Source: Kineococcus radiotolerans SRS30216 = ATCC BAA-149 | Lineage (GTDB): Bacteria; Actinomycetota; Actinomycetes; Actinomycetales; Kineococcaceae | Assembly (NCBI RefSeq): GCF_000017305.1 | Contig: NC_009664.2 | Location: 600,001-632,000, forward strand | DNA: 32,000 nt | Reading direction: 5' to 3' | Shown: positions 7,825 to 14,961 of the stretch, piece after piece | Numbering within the stretch: the first letter of the stretch is position 1 | How the letters are laid out: each line of letters starts with the position of its first letter | Translations under genes and position numbers: made by a program | The notes under the pieces: model-generated | Database searches by the model: none | What the model saw: only the letters and a program-made list of their open reading frames with translations | Told to the model about the DNA's origin: nothing

Positions 7825-10800
7825 CAGTCGGCCCTCCGGTCGAGCCCGCGAGCGGGGTGGGCGTCCAGGACCGCCGGTTCGACGTCCTGCTGGGGGTGCT
7901 CGGGGCTGGACCGGACGTCGTGGCGGACGCTGAGCACCCGGTCGATCTCGTCGTCGTCGTGCCCGTCCCCGACGTGGTCGTCGCCGCCCTGGGCGAGGTC
8001 GGTGCGCTCCTGCCCGTCGCGGGCGATGAGGTCGGCGGTCACCGCGACCGCACCGGAGGCCATGGTGACCCCGCCGCGGACGCGGTACTCGTCGATGAGC
8101 GCGAGCATCGCCGCACCCCGCGGCCGCCGTCCCGGCAGCACGTCGCACGTCCCGGCCTTGAACTCCTGGATGTGCACGTTCGGGTCCAGCGTGAGGTGCA
8201 TGAGGTCGTTGACGACGTCGCCGGTGGTCAGGCCGCCCTGGCCCCAGTGGTAGGGCAGCCAGATCTGGTGGACGAGCTGGTTCTGGACCTTCAGCGGGGC
8301 GAGGCGGTCGGTGACCAGGACCCGCGCCTCGACGATCGCGCGGGCCGTGACCACGTGCGCCCACCCGAGGTGCTCCAGCCCGCGCATGCGGGCCAGTTCC
8401 GGGGAGACCTCCATGAACAGCGCCGGCTGGAGCTCGGCGAGGTAGGGCAGGTACCGGCTCATGCCCCCGGCGGTGTGGTGCTCGGTGAGCCGGGAGGTGA
8501 TCCAGACGTAGGGGAACACCTGGCTGCCGAGCTCCGGCGGCGAGGGGTGCACCTCGTTGAGGTGGTTGGTGTAGACCTCGCGGGCCGGGTTGGCCTGCTG
8601 GGTGTAGACCGCGTTGCGGAACGGCGACTCGGCCGGCTCGTAGTGCGCCGGCAGCGGGCCGTCGACGACGCCCTTCGGCGCGTACAGCCAGCCCTTGCCG
8701 TCGCTCTGCATGATGAATGGGTCGTCACCGGCGATGGCCGCGACCCCCGTGGCCCCCTCCGGCGGGCGGTACGACGGGGGTTTCGTCGCCTCGAAGTCGG
8801 CGATGTCGTCCCCGACCCAGCGCTGCGCCTCCTCGTCCCACCACACCAGCGCCTTGCGCTCGCTCCAGGGCCGGCCCTCGGGGTCGGCTGAGGCGCGGTT
8901 GTAGAGCATGCGCCGGTTCATCGGCCAGGCCCAGCCCCACTCGGGGGCGTGCAGGGACTGCTCGCGGCCCGGCTTGCGCCGCGCCGCCTGGTTGACGTCG
9001 TCGGCGTAGACGCCGGAGTAGATCCAGCACCCGCTGGAGGTGGACCCGTCGGCCTTCAGCGCCGTGTACCCCGGCAGCAGGCCCTCGGGCCCGTAGCCGT
9101 TGATCTCCTTCAGGACGTCCTCGGAGCTGGGTTCCCGCTCCTCCCCGTGCAGGGGGTAGTCCCAGGCCAGCTTCAGCAGGAGCTGGTCGCGGGGGTCGGT
9201 GGACCCCGCCAGCTTCTCCCGCATCCGGCGGCCCAGGTGGTAGAAGAACCACAGCTCGCTGGTGGCGTCGCCCGGGGGGTTGACCGCCTTCTCCCGCCAC
9301 TGCAGCAGGCGCTGGGTCTGGGTGAAGGTGCCCTCCTTCTCCACGTGGGAGGCGGCGGGCAGGAAGAACACCTCGGTGCGGCACTGCTCGGGGACGATCT
9401 CGCCGGTCTCGACCTCGGGCGCGTCCTTCCAGAAGGTCGCGCTCTCGATCATCACCAGGTCGCGCACGACCATCCAGTCGAGGTTGGCCATGCCCAGGCG
9501 CTGGGCGCGACCGTTGGCGGAGCCGACGGCGGGGTTCTGGCCCAGCAGGAAGTACCCGAAGATCTTCCCGCCCTCGATCATGTCCATGACCTGGCTGTAG
9601 GTGCCGTGGTCACCGCTGATCTTGGGGAGCTCGTCGAAGAGGTAGTCGTTCTCCGCCGTCGCCTCGTCGCCGAAGTAGGCCTTGAGCAGGCTCACCGTGT
9701 AGGCGTCGGCGTTGGCCCAGAAGCCCTTCTGCGCCGGACCCTTGATGGAGTCGATGTAGCCCGCGAGGTCGGGGTGCCGCTCCACGTGCGGCATCTGCAG
9801 GTAGCCGGGCAGCAGGTTGTACAGCGTGGGGATGTCGGTCGAGCCCTGGATGGAGGCGTGCCCGCGCAGGGCCATCACCCCGCCGCCCGGGCGGCCCATG
9901 TTCCCCAGCAGGAGCTGGAGGATCGCCCCGGCGCGGATGTACTGCACACCCGTGCCGCGCTGGGTCCAGCCCACGCTGTAGACGAGGGCGCCGGTCTTCT
10001 CCCGGCCGGAGTTGGAGATCCAGGCCTCGGCGAGCTCCTCGAAGAGGTCGGTCGGGATGCCGCAGACGTCGGCGACCATCTCCGGGGTGTAGCGGGCGAA
10101 GTGCCGCTTCAACACCTGGTAGACGCACCGCGGGTCCTGCAGGGTCTCGTCTCGCTGGATGGAGCGGTGCTCCACCGCCGCGCCCCCGGCCCCGAGGGAG
10201 TGCCCGGACTCGCTGTCGCTGGACTCGGCGGTCTCCTCCTCCTCGTCCCCGTGCTGCTCCGTCCCGGCGTACTGCCAGGACTTCGTGTCGTAGGAGTTGG
10301 TCTCGTGGTCGAAGCCGGAGAACAGCCCGTCGAGGTCGTCGGTGTCCTGGAAGTCCTCGCTGATCAGGTGCGAGGCGTTGGTGTAGGCCACCACGTACTC
10401 GCGGAAGTCGCGCTCCTGGGTCAGCACGCGGTTGATGATCGCCCCGAGCAGGACGATGTCCGTGCCGGTGCGGATCGGGACGTGGGTGTCCGCGAGCGCG
10501 CTGGTGCGGGTGAAGCGGGGGTCGACGTGGAAGACCTTCGCGCCGCGCGCCTTGGCCTCCATCACCCACTGGAACCCGACCGGGTGGCACTCGGCCATGT
10601 TCGAGCCCTGGATGACGATGACGTCGGCGTTGCTCAGGTCCTGCAGGTCACCGGTGGCTCCACCGCGACCGAACGAGGCACCCAGACCGGGCACCGTGGC
10701 GGAGTGTCAAATGCGGGCCTGGTTCTCGACCTGGATCGCGCCCATGGCCGTGAACAGCTTCTTGATGAGGTAGTTCTCCTCGTTGTCCAGCGTCGCACCG

Positions 10801-11276
10801 CCGAGGCTGGCGATCCCCATGGTGCGGTTGAGCCGGCGGCCGAGCTCGTCGTGGTCCTGCCAGCCGCGTCGGCGGGCGTCGATCACCCGGTCGGTGATCA
10901 TGTCCATCGCGGTGTCGAGGTCCAGGTCGGACCACTCGGTCGCGTAGGGGGCGCGGTAGCGGATGCGGGTGGCGCGGGAGTCGCCGTTGACCAGCTGCTC
11001 GCTGGCGGAGCCCTTGGGGCACAGCCGCCCGCGCGAGTGCGGGGAGTCCGGGTCGCCCTCGATCTGGACGACCTTCTCGTCCTTGACGTACACGCGCTGA
11101 CCGCAGCCGACGGCGCAGTAGGGGCACACCGACTTCGCGACCCGGTCCGCGGTGGCGGTGCGCGGGGTCAGCGACTTGGAGCGCGCGGACTGCGTCGCCG
11201 CGCCGCGCCCCAGGGGGTCGTCGCCGGTCAGCTGCCGGTAGACCGGCCAGCCCTCGAGGAACGTCTTGATGCCCAC
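7824..11276 (-). CDS. fdhA: Formate dehydrogenase catalytic alpha subunit (molybdopterin, FDH-N type), selenoprotein with in-frame UGA at 10709-10707
   Basis: ORF-track pieces 10707..11426 and 7824..10694 share one frame and read ...AIQVENQARI-U-HSATVPGLGASFGRGGATGDL. This matches the E. coli FdnG/FdhF ARV-U-HGP...FGRGAM context. N-terminal Fe-S motif CPYCAVGCG. The start is uncertain: GTG 11276 (VGIKTFLEGWPVYRQL) is preferred over ATG 11342. Confidence 0.9.
10658..10706 (-). promoter_or_regulatory. Bacterial SECIS element immediately 3' of the fdhA UGA
   Basis: The mRNA reads UGACACUCCGCCACGGUGCCCGGUCUGGGUGCC. The apical hairpin GGUGCCC/GGGUGCC (10695-10677) has loop GGUCU. G22 G23 U24 C25 counted from the U of UGA sit at the same positions as in the E. 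coli fdhF SECIS (UGACACGGCCCAUCGGUUGCAGGUCUGCACC, from memory). An outer stem CUCCGCCACG/CGCGGUGGAG extends the structure. Confidence 0.8.
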
Positions 11277-11340
11277 GGCGGGACCATACGCCCCTCGTCT
11301 CGGGATGCGCGCGGTGACGCGACGTACCAGCGTGTCCGCC

Positions 11341-12183
11341 ATGACAGTCCCCACCATCCTGCTCAACGACGGTCGCGAGATCCCGCAGCTCGGCTTCGGC
11401 GTCTTCCAGATCGAACCCGGCGACACCGCCCAGGCCGTGAAGACCGCCCTGGACCTCGGCTACCGCCACATCGACACCGCGCAGATGTACGGCAACGAGG
11501 CCGAGGTGGCCCAGGGCATCGCCGACTCCGGCGTGCCCCGCGACGAGATCTGGGTGACCAGCAAGCTCAACAACGGCTTCCACGAGCCCGACGCGGCGCG
11601 GAAGGCGGTCGACGACTCCGTCGAGAAGCTGCGCGGCCCCATCGACCTCTACCTCATCCACTGGCCCCTGCCCACCCTCTACGGCGGCGACTTCGTCTCC
11701 ACCTGGAAGGTGCTGGAGGAGGCCCGCGCGGCGGGGAAGCTGCGCTCGATCGGGGTGTCGAACTTCCAGGTGAACCACCTGCAGCGCCTGGCGCAGGAGG
11801 CCACCGTGGTGCCGGCCGTGAACCAGATCGAGGTGCACCCCTACTTCGGCAACGAGGAGGTGCGCCGCCACTGCGGCGAGCACCAGATCGGCGTCGAGGC
11901 GTGGTCGCCCATCGCGCAGGGCAAGGTGCTCGACGACCCGACCGTCACGGCCGTGGCGAACCGCCTGGGCAAGTCCCCCGCCCAGGTCGTGCTGCGCTGG
12001 CACGTCGAGCGCGGCGACATCGTCTTCCCCAAGTCGGTGACGCCCTCGCGCATGGAGGAGAACTTCGCGCTGTTCGACTTCGAGCTGACCGAGGAGGACC
12101 TGGCGCTGATCTCGGCGCTGGACAAGGGCGAGGCGGGTCGCACCGGCCCGAACCCGGACACCTTCGACTACGTGCCCAGCTGA
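11341..12183 (+). CDS. Aldo-keto reductase (2,5-diketo-D-gluconate reductase-like)
   Basis: The 280-aa product starts MTVPTILLNDGREIPQLGFGVFQ. AKR catalytic context is present (HIDTAQMYGNE, SKL, LYLIHWP) plus the C-terminal IVFPKSVTPSRMEEN motif. Confidence 0.9.
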   Translation: MTVPTILLNDGREIPQLGFGVFQIEPGDTAQAVKTALDLGYRHIDTAQMYGNEAEVAQGIADSGVPRDEIWVTSKLNNGFHEPDAARKAVDDSVEKLRGPIDLYLIHWPLPTLYGGDFVSTWKVLEEARAAGKLRSIGVSNFQVNHLQRLAQEATVVPAVNQIEVHPYFGNEEVRRHCGEHQIGVEAWSPIAQGKVLDDPTVTAVANRLGKSPAQVVLRWHVERGDIVFPKSVTPSRMEENFALFDFELTEEDLALISALDKGEAGRTGPNPDTFDYVPS

Positions 12184-12213
12184 CCCCGGCGGCGGGGCTC
12201 CCCGCCACCACGG

Positions 12214-12255
12214 CCCCGGACGGCCGTCGCGCTGCGGCGCGGCGGCCGTCCGGGG
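12214..12255. terminator. Bidirectional hairpin terminator (about 19-bp stem, tetraloop)
   Basis: ccccggacggccg (12214-12226) is the perfect complement of cggccgtccgggg (12243-12255). The stem extends inward (tcgcgc/gcgcgg) to loop tgcg. It lies between the AKR stop (12183) and the frame-B stop at 12310. Confidence 0.6.
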
Positions 12256-12309
12256 CGTCCGCGGAGGGCCGCGCCGTCCGGCTCCCGGGGAGGGAGCTGG
12301 GCGGGGGGG

Positions 12310-12752
12310 TCAGACGGACTCGCGGACCAGGTGCACGACCCGGGGCAGGACGTCGCGGGCGTGGTCCACGGTGGCGTCCGCCGCGGCCACAGCGGCCACA
12401 GCGGCCACAGCGAGGCGAGCACCGCCAGCAGCCAGGCGAGGGCCACGAACGTCCACCCCAGCCACGCCCGGTACGTGGCGGAGGCCAGGGCCAGGAAGGC
12501 GGCCGACCCGAGCAGCCCCAGGACGACGACGACCGCGGCCGCGACGGCCGGGACGTCGAGCAGGGGCTCCAGGCTCGCCGCCGCTCCCAGCAGCGCGAGC
12601 ACCGGTCCGAGGACGAGGACGACGGTGGCCACGACGAGAACGGTCCCGATCCCGGCGCGCACCAGGCGGGGCCGTCGTCCTCCCGCCCACGCGCGCGACC
12701 GGCCGGACCGGGAGGAGGGACGGAGCCCGGTGGGGCGCAGGGTGCGGATCAC
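12310..12752 (-). CDS. Asp23-cluster membrane protein (about 3 TM helices, AmaP/DUF-like) with an apparent -1 frame switch near 12380-12412
   Basis: GTG 12752 overlaps the Asp23 stop (GTGA). This frame encodes Arg-rich N-terminus plus TM helices (GIGTVLVVATVVLVLGPVLALLGAA, VPAVAAAVVVVLGLLGSAAFLAL, GWTFVALAWLLAVLASLWPLWPLWP). After the repeat, protein-like coding (ADATVDHARDVLPRVVHLVRESV*) continues in another frame and stops at 12310. The span is 443 nt, not a multiple of 3. A gene caller would probably report 12168..12752 instead. Confidence 0.5.
12385..12411. repeat. Perfect 9-bp tandem repeat GGCCACAGC x3
   Basis: Read directly at 12385-12393, 12394-12402 and 12403-12411. It encodes LWPLWPLWP in the upstream coding frame. 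Confidence 0.9.
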
Positions 12753-13234
12753 GGTTCCCCCCCCGCGGGCCCCGCCGGGGTCGCGGGACGCTCGACCCCG
12801 GACACCGCCAGGTGCACCTCGCTCACCTCGAGGTCGGTCATCCGCCGGACGGCGGCGGCGACCTCGGCGCGCACCCGGTCGGCCAGGGCCGCGACCGGGG
12901 TGCCGTACTCGACGGTGACGTCGAGGTCGACGGCGACCCGGCGGCACCCCACCGCGACGCGCACACCGGGCTCGGGCACCGTCTCGGGGACGGGGCGGCG
13001 CGCGACGGCGGCGGGCCGGGCGGTCGCGTCCCCGAGGGAGTGCACCCCCGGGACCGCGGCGGCGGCGAGCGCCACGATCCGGGCCACGACGGCGTCGGTC
13101 GTGGTGACCGCGCCGCGTGCGGCGGCGGGTTCCCGGGGGTCCCCGGCGCTGGGGGTCCCCCCGGCCCCGGGGGCGCCCGCGGCGGGTGTCCCGGGCTCGG
13201 GAGCGGTGGCGGGACGGTCGGGCTCGTCGGTCAC
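12749..13234 (-). CDS. Asp23/Gls24-family envelope stress protein
   Basis: Core sequence TTDAVVARIVALAAAAVPGVHSLG...VAVDLDVTVEYGTPVAALADRVRAEVAAAVRRMTDLEVSEVHLAV is typical of Asp23. GTG 13234 is preceded by GGGAGGAA; the track start at 13249 is the alternative. Confidence 0.8.
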   Translation of the reverse strand: MTDEPDRPATAPEPGTPAAGAPGAGGTPSAGDPREPAAARGAVTTTDAVVARIVALAAAAVPGVHSLGDATARPAAVARRPVPETVPEPGVRVAVGCRRVAVDLDVTVEYGTPVAALADRVRAEVAAAVRRMTDLEVSEVHLAVSGVERPATPAGPAGGEP

Positions 13235-13342
13235 GGGTTCCTCCCTCACGGGCCCGGCCGCGGGGTGCGGCCGGGCGTCGACGGACGAGGGGTTGGAGCA
13301 ACCCGTCCCCCGATCCTCACGCGCCGGGCGCTGTGGCGTGGA

Positions 13343-13867
13343 TCACAGCCGCGCTCTCGTGACGTCCCCGACGTGCACGTGCACCCGCGGCGCCGGACCC
13401 TCCGCGCCGACCGGGCCCAGCAGGCCCTCCACGGCCGTGGCGGTGAGGTCGAGGACGGTGCCGGCGACGGCGAGCACCGGTGTCCCGAACACCACCGCGA
13501 TCTGCACGGTGAGCACGTCGAGGCGGTCCTGGGCGTTGGTGGTGCAGCGGACGGCGGTGACCTCGACGCCGGGCACGGCGGCCAGCGCGGCCCGGACGCG
13601 GGCCACCAGCACGTCGCCGGCGACGACGTACTCCCCGCCGGGGTGCCGGGCCCGCAGGGGCGCGGAGGGCCGGTAGACCCGGCGGGCGTGGTCGAGGAGG
13701 TCGGCGCGCAGCGCCCGCCACCCGGAGGGGGTGTGCAGCCGCAGCGCGTCGGTGGCCCGGGCCAGGACGTGGAGCCCCCGCTCCGGGGCGGCCACGTCCC
13801 CCGGAGCCACCGGGGACGTGGGGTCCGGTGCGGGGGCTCGCGCCGCGTCGTCGGGTGTCGTCGTCAC
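13343..13867 (-). CDS. Asp23-like domain protein with a Pro/Ala-rich N-terminus
   Basis: 174 aa. The C-terminal half (VVAGDVLVARVRAALAAVPGVEVTAVRC...LTVQIAVVFGTPVLAVAGTVLDLTATAVEGLLG...VHVHVGDV) follows the Asp23 pattern. GTG 13867 overlaps the sigma-factor stop (GTGA). Confidence 0.6.
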   Translation of the reverse strand: MTTTPDDAARAPAPDPTSPVAPGDVAAPERGLHVLARATDALRLHTPSGWRALRADLLDHARRVYRPSAPLRARHPGGEYVVAGDVLVARVRAALAAVPGVEVTAVRCTTNAQDRLDVLTVQIAVVFGTPVLAVAGTVLDLTATAVEGLLGPVGAEGPAPRVHVHVGDVTRARL

Positions 13868-14583
13868 CGCCAGTCCTCCAGGGTCGTGGCCAGGGTGGTG
13901 CGGGACCGTTCGAGCAGCCCCCGCACCGCGGTGGGGCTGGTGCTCAGCACGGCGGCGATCTCCTCGTAGCTGAGGCCCTCGACCTCGCGCAGCAGCCAGG
14001 CGGAGCGCTGGCGCGGGGGCAGCAACTGCAGGGCCACCTCAAGGGCCTGGCGCAGGGCGGTCTCCACGCTCGACCGTTCCGGGTCCTCGCGCAAGTCGCG
14101 CAACCGGTCCTGCACCTCCTCCACCGGGACGTGGGGGCGGCTGCCGGACGCCGGCCAGCGGCGCAGCCGGGCGAACGCGGCGTGCCGGGCCAGGGTGAAC
14201 AGCCAGGTCCGCAGGGACGCGTCCCCGCGGAAGGCGGGCAGCCCGCGCCAGGCGGCCAGGAACGCGTCCTGCACGCAGTCCTCCACGTCGGAACCGGACA
14301 GCAGGTTGCGGGCGTAGCGCATCAACGCCGGGCCGTGGCGGTCCACGATGCGGGCGAAGGCGTCGCGGTCGCCCATCGCCGCCCACCGGGCGAGCGACGC
14401 GTCCGGAGCCTCGTCCGGGGTGTCGGGAAACCCCGCGGGAACGTCGGCCGGAACCTCCCCGGGAAACTCCGGGGAACCGTCGGGAACCGCATCGGCGGCA
14501 CCGGTTCCCGGAACGCGCGCGGAGCCCGCCGTCGCGCGGCGGTGAGGGTCCCGCTCACCACCCGTGTCCACATCCGCTGTCAC
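13864..14583 (-). CDS. ECF-type RNA polymerase sigma-70 factor with an N-terminal extension of about 60 aa
   Basis: Region 2 (DRDAFARIVDRHGPALMRYARNLL...DVEDCVQDAFLAAWRGLPAFRG...LRTWLFTLARH) and region 4 (LPPRQRSAWLLREVEGLSYEEIAAVLSTSPTAVRGLLERSR) are both present. The only in-frame starts upstream of region 2 are GTG 14583 and GTG 14571. ATG 14376 would truncate the conserved SLARWAA-GD lead-in. Confidence 0.85.
   Translation of the reverse strand: MTADVDTGGERDPHRRATAGSARVPGTGAADAVPDGSPEFPGEVPADVPAGFPDTPDEAPDASLARWAAMGDRDAFARIVDRHGPALMRYARNLLSGSDVEDCVQDAFLAAWRGLPAFRGDASLRTWLFTLARHAAFARLRRWPASGSRPHVPVEEVQDRLRDLREDPERSSVETALRQALEVALQLLPPRQRSAWLLREVEGLSYEEIAAVLSTSPTAVRGLLERSRTTLATTLEDWR
14413..14516. 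repeat. Degenerate tandem repeat of about 12 nt carrying GGGAA(C/A)/GTTCCC motifs inside the sigma N-terminal extension
   Basis: On the plus strand, GGGAAA/GGGAAC/CGGAAC start at 14425, 14437, 14449, 14461, 14472, 14482 and 14509, with an inverted GTTCCC at 14504. On the minus strand this encodes the (F/V)Px(E/D/G) repeat SPEFPGEVPADVPAGFPDTP using unusual T-ending codons. Confidence 0.7.
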
Positions 14584-14836
14584 GACGCGTGCTCCATCGC
14601 ATTGTCCGTCAAGTCATCGGGCTGAATGTCAGCACATTTCCGAAGCAATAGCACGTTCAACTATCCGGTCGTGAGAACCGTAAGAACGTTCCCGGGATTC
14701 GGTGACGGGTCCCACCGGGGAACCACCTCGACGAACGCCGCGAACGGGTTTCCGCGTGTTCCCCGCGTTACGGGACGGTCACCCCCGTCGCCGTCCGCGC
14801 CGCGGGGAACCACTGCTCTCCGCACGGGAACGGCGC

Positions 14837-14850
14837 GTGACGCACGTCAC
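14837..14850. promoter_or_regulatory. Candidate operator: palindrome GTGACG-CA-CGTCAC within direct repeats GGCGCGTGACG (14832-14842 and 14858-14868)
   Basis: Read directly from the sequence. It lies about 100 bp upstream of the Asp23 start in a 378-bp divergent intergenic region. No function has been demonstrated. Confidence 0.3.
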
Positions 14851-14961
14851 ACGACCGGGCGCGTGACGATCCGTCCCGTTCCCGCTCCAACCCCCCGTGA
14901 GAGCGAGGATCCGGCTGCAGCAGAGCGGTCGGGCGCCTCACCGGAGGATCCAGGAGGAACC

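Noticed and set aside
11277-11342. A possible twin-arginine signal (IPRRGAYG) in the extended FdhA N-terminus.
   Set aside because: There is no S/T-RRxFLK consensus and no hydrophobic h-region or AxA site after the RR. The segment may not even be translated if the GTG 11276 start is used.
7824-11426. fdhA as two separate genes, or as a nonsense-mutated pseudogene.
   Set aside because: Both pieces share one frame. The break is a single TGA at the exact Sec/Cys active-site position. A SECIS-like hairpin follows, and a full selABCD set is encoded nearby.
12168-12752. A single uninterrupted 194-aa ORF for the Asp23-cluster membrane protein.
   Set aside because: After about 12385 its composition turns non-protein-like. 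It reads through a 19-bp-stem terminator hairpin and overlaps the AKR 3' end. An adjacent frame has protein-like sequence and a stop at 12310. It is kept as the alternative model, because a gene caller would probably report it.
8949-13676. 1575-aa plus-strand ORF. Similar very long ORFs include 995..3754 (+), 15784..17112 (-), 19172..21418 (-), 20722..22359 (+), 24620..27052 (-) and 28751..31246 (+).
   Set aside because: The translations are Arg/Pro/Gly/Ala-rich low-complexity text with no family signatures. They lie antisense or out of frame to genes with strong homology (fdhA, dxs, hemQ, rnd and others). These are typical shadow ORFs caused by stop-codon depletion in high-GC DNA.
14376-14376. 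ATG 14376 (MGDRDAF...) as the true sigma-factor start, which would make the repeat region non-coding.
   Set aside because: The residues just upstream (DASLARWAA-GD) look like the conserved ECF lead-in helix. The possibility is left open because the codon usage of the extension is atypical.
14681-14691. The GAACGTTC palindrome at 14684-14691, recurring at 24581-24588, as a shared operator.
   Set aside because: There are only two 8-bp occurrences in 32 kb, in unrelated contexts. That is not distinguishable from chance without a genome-wide count.
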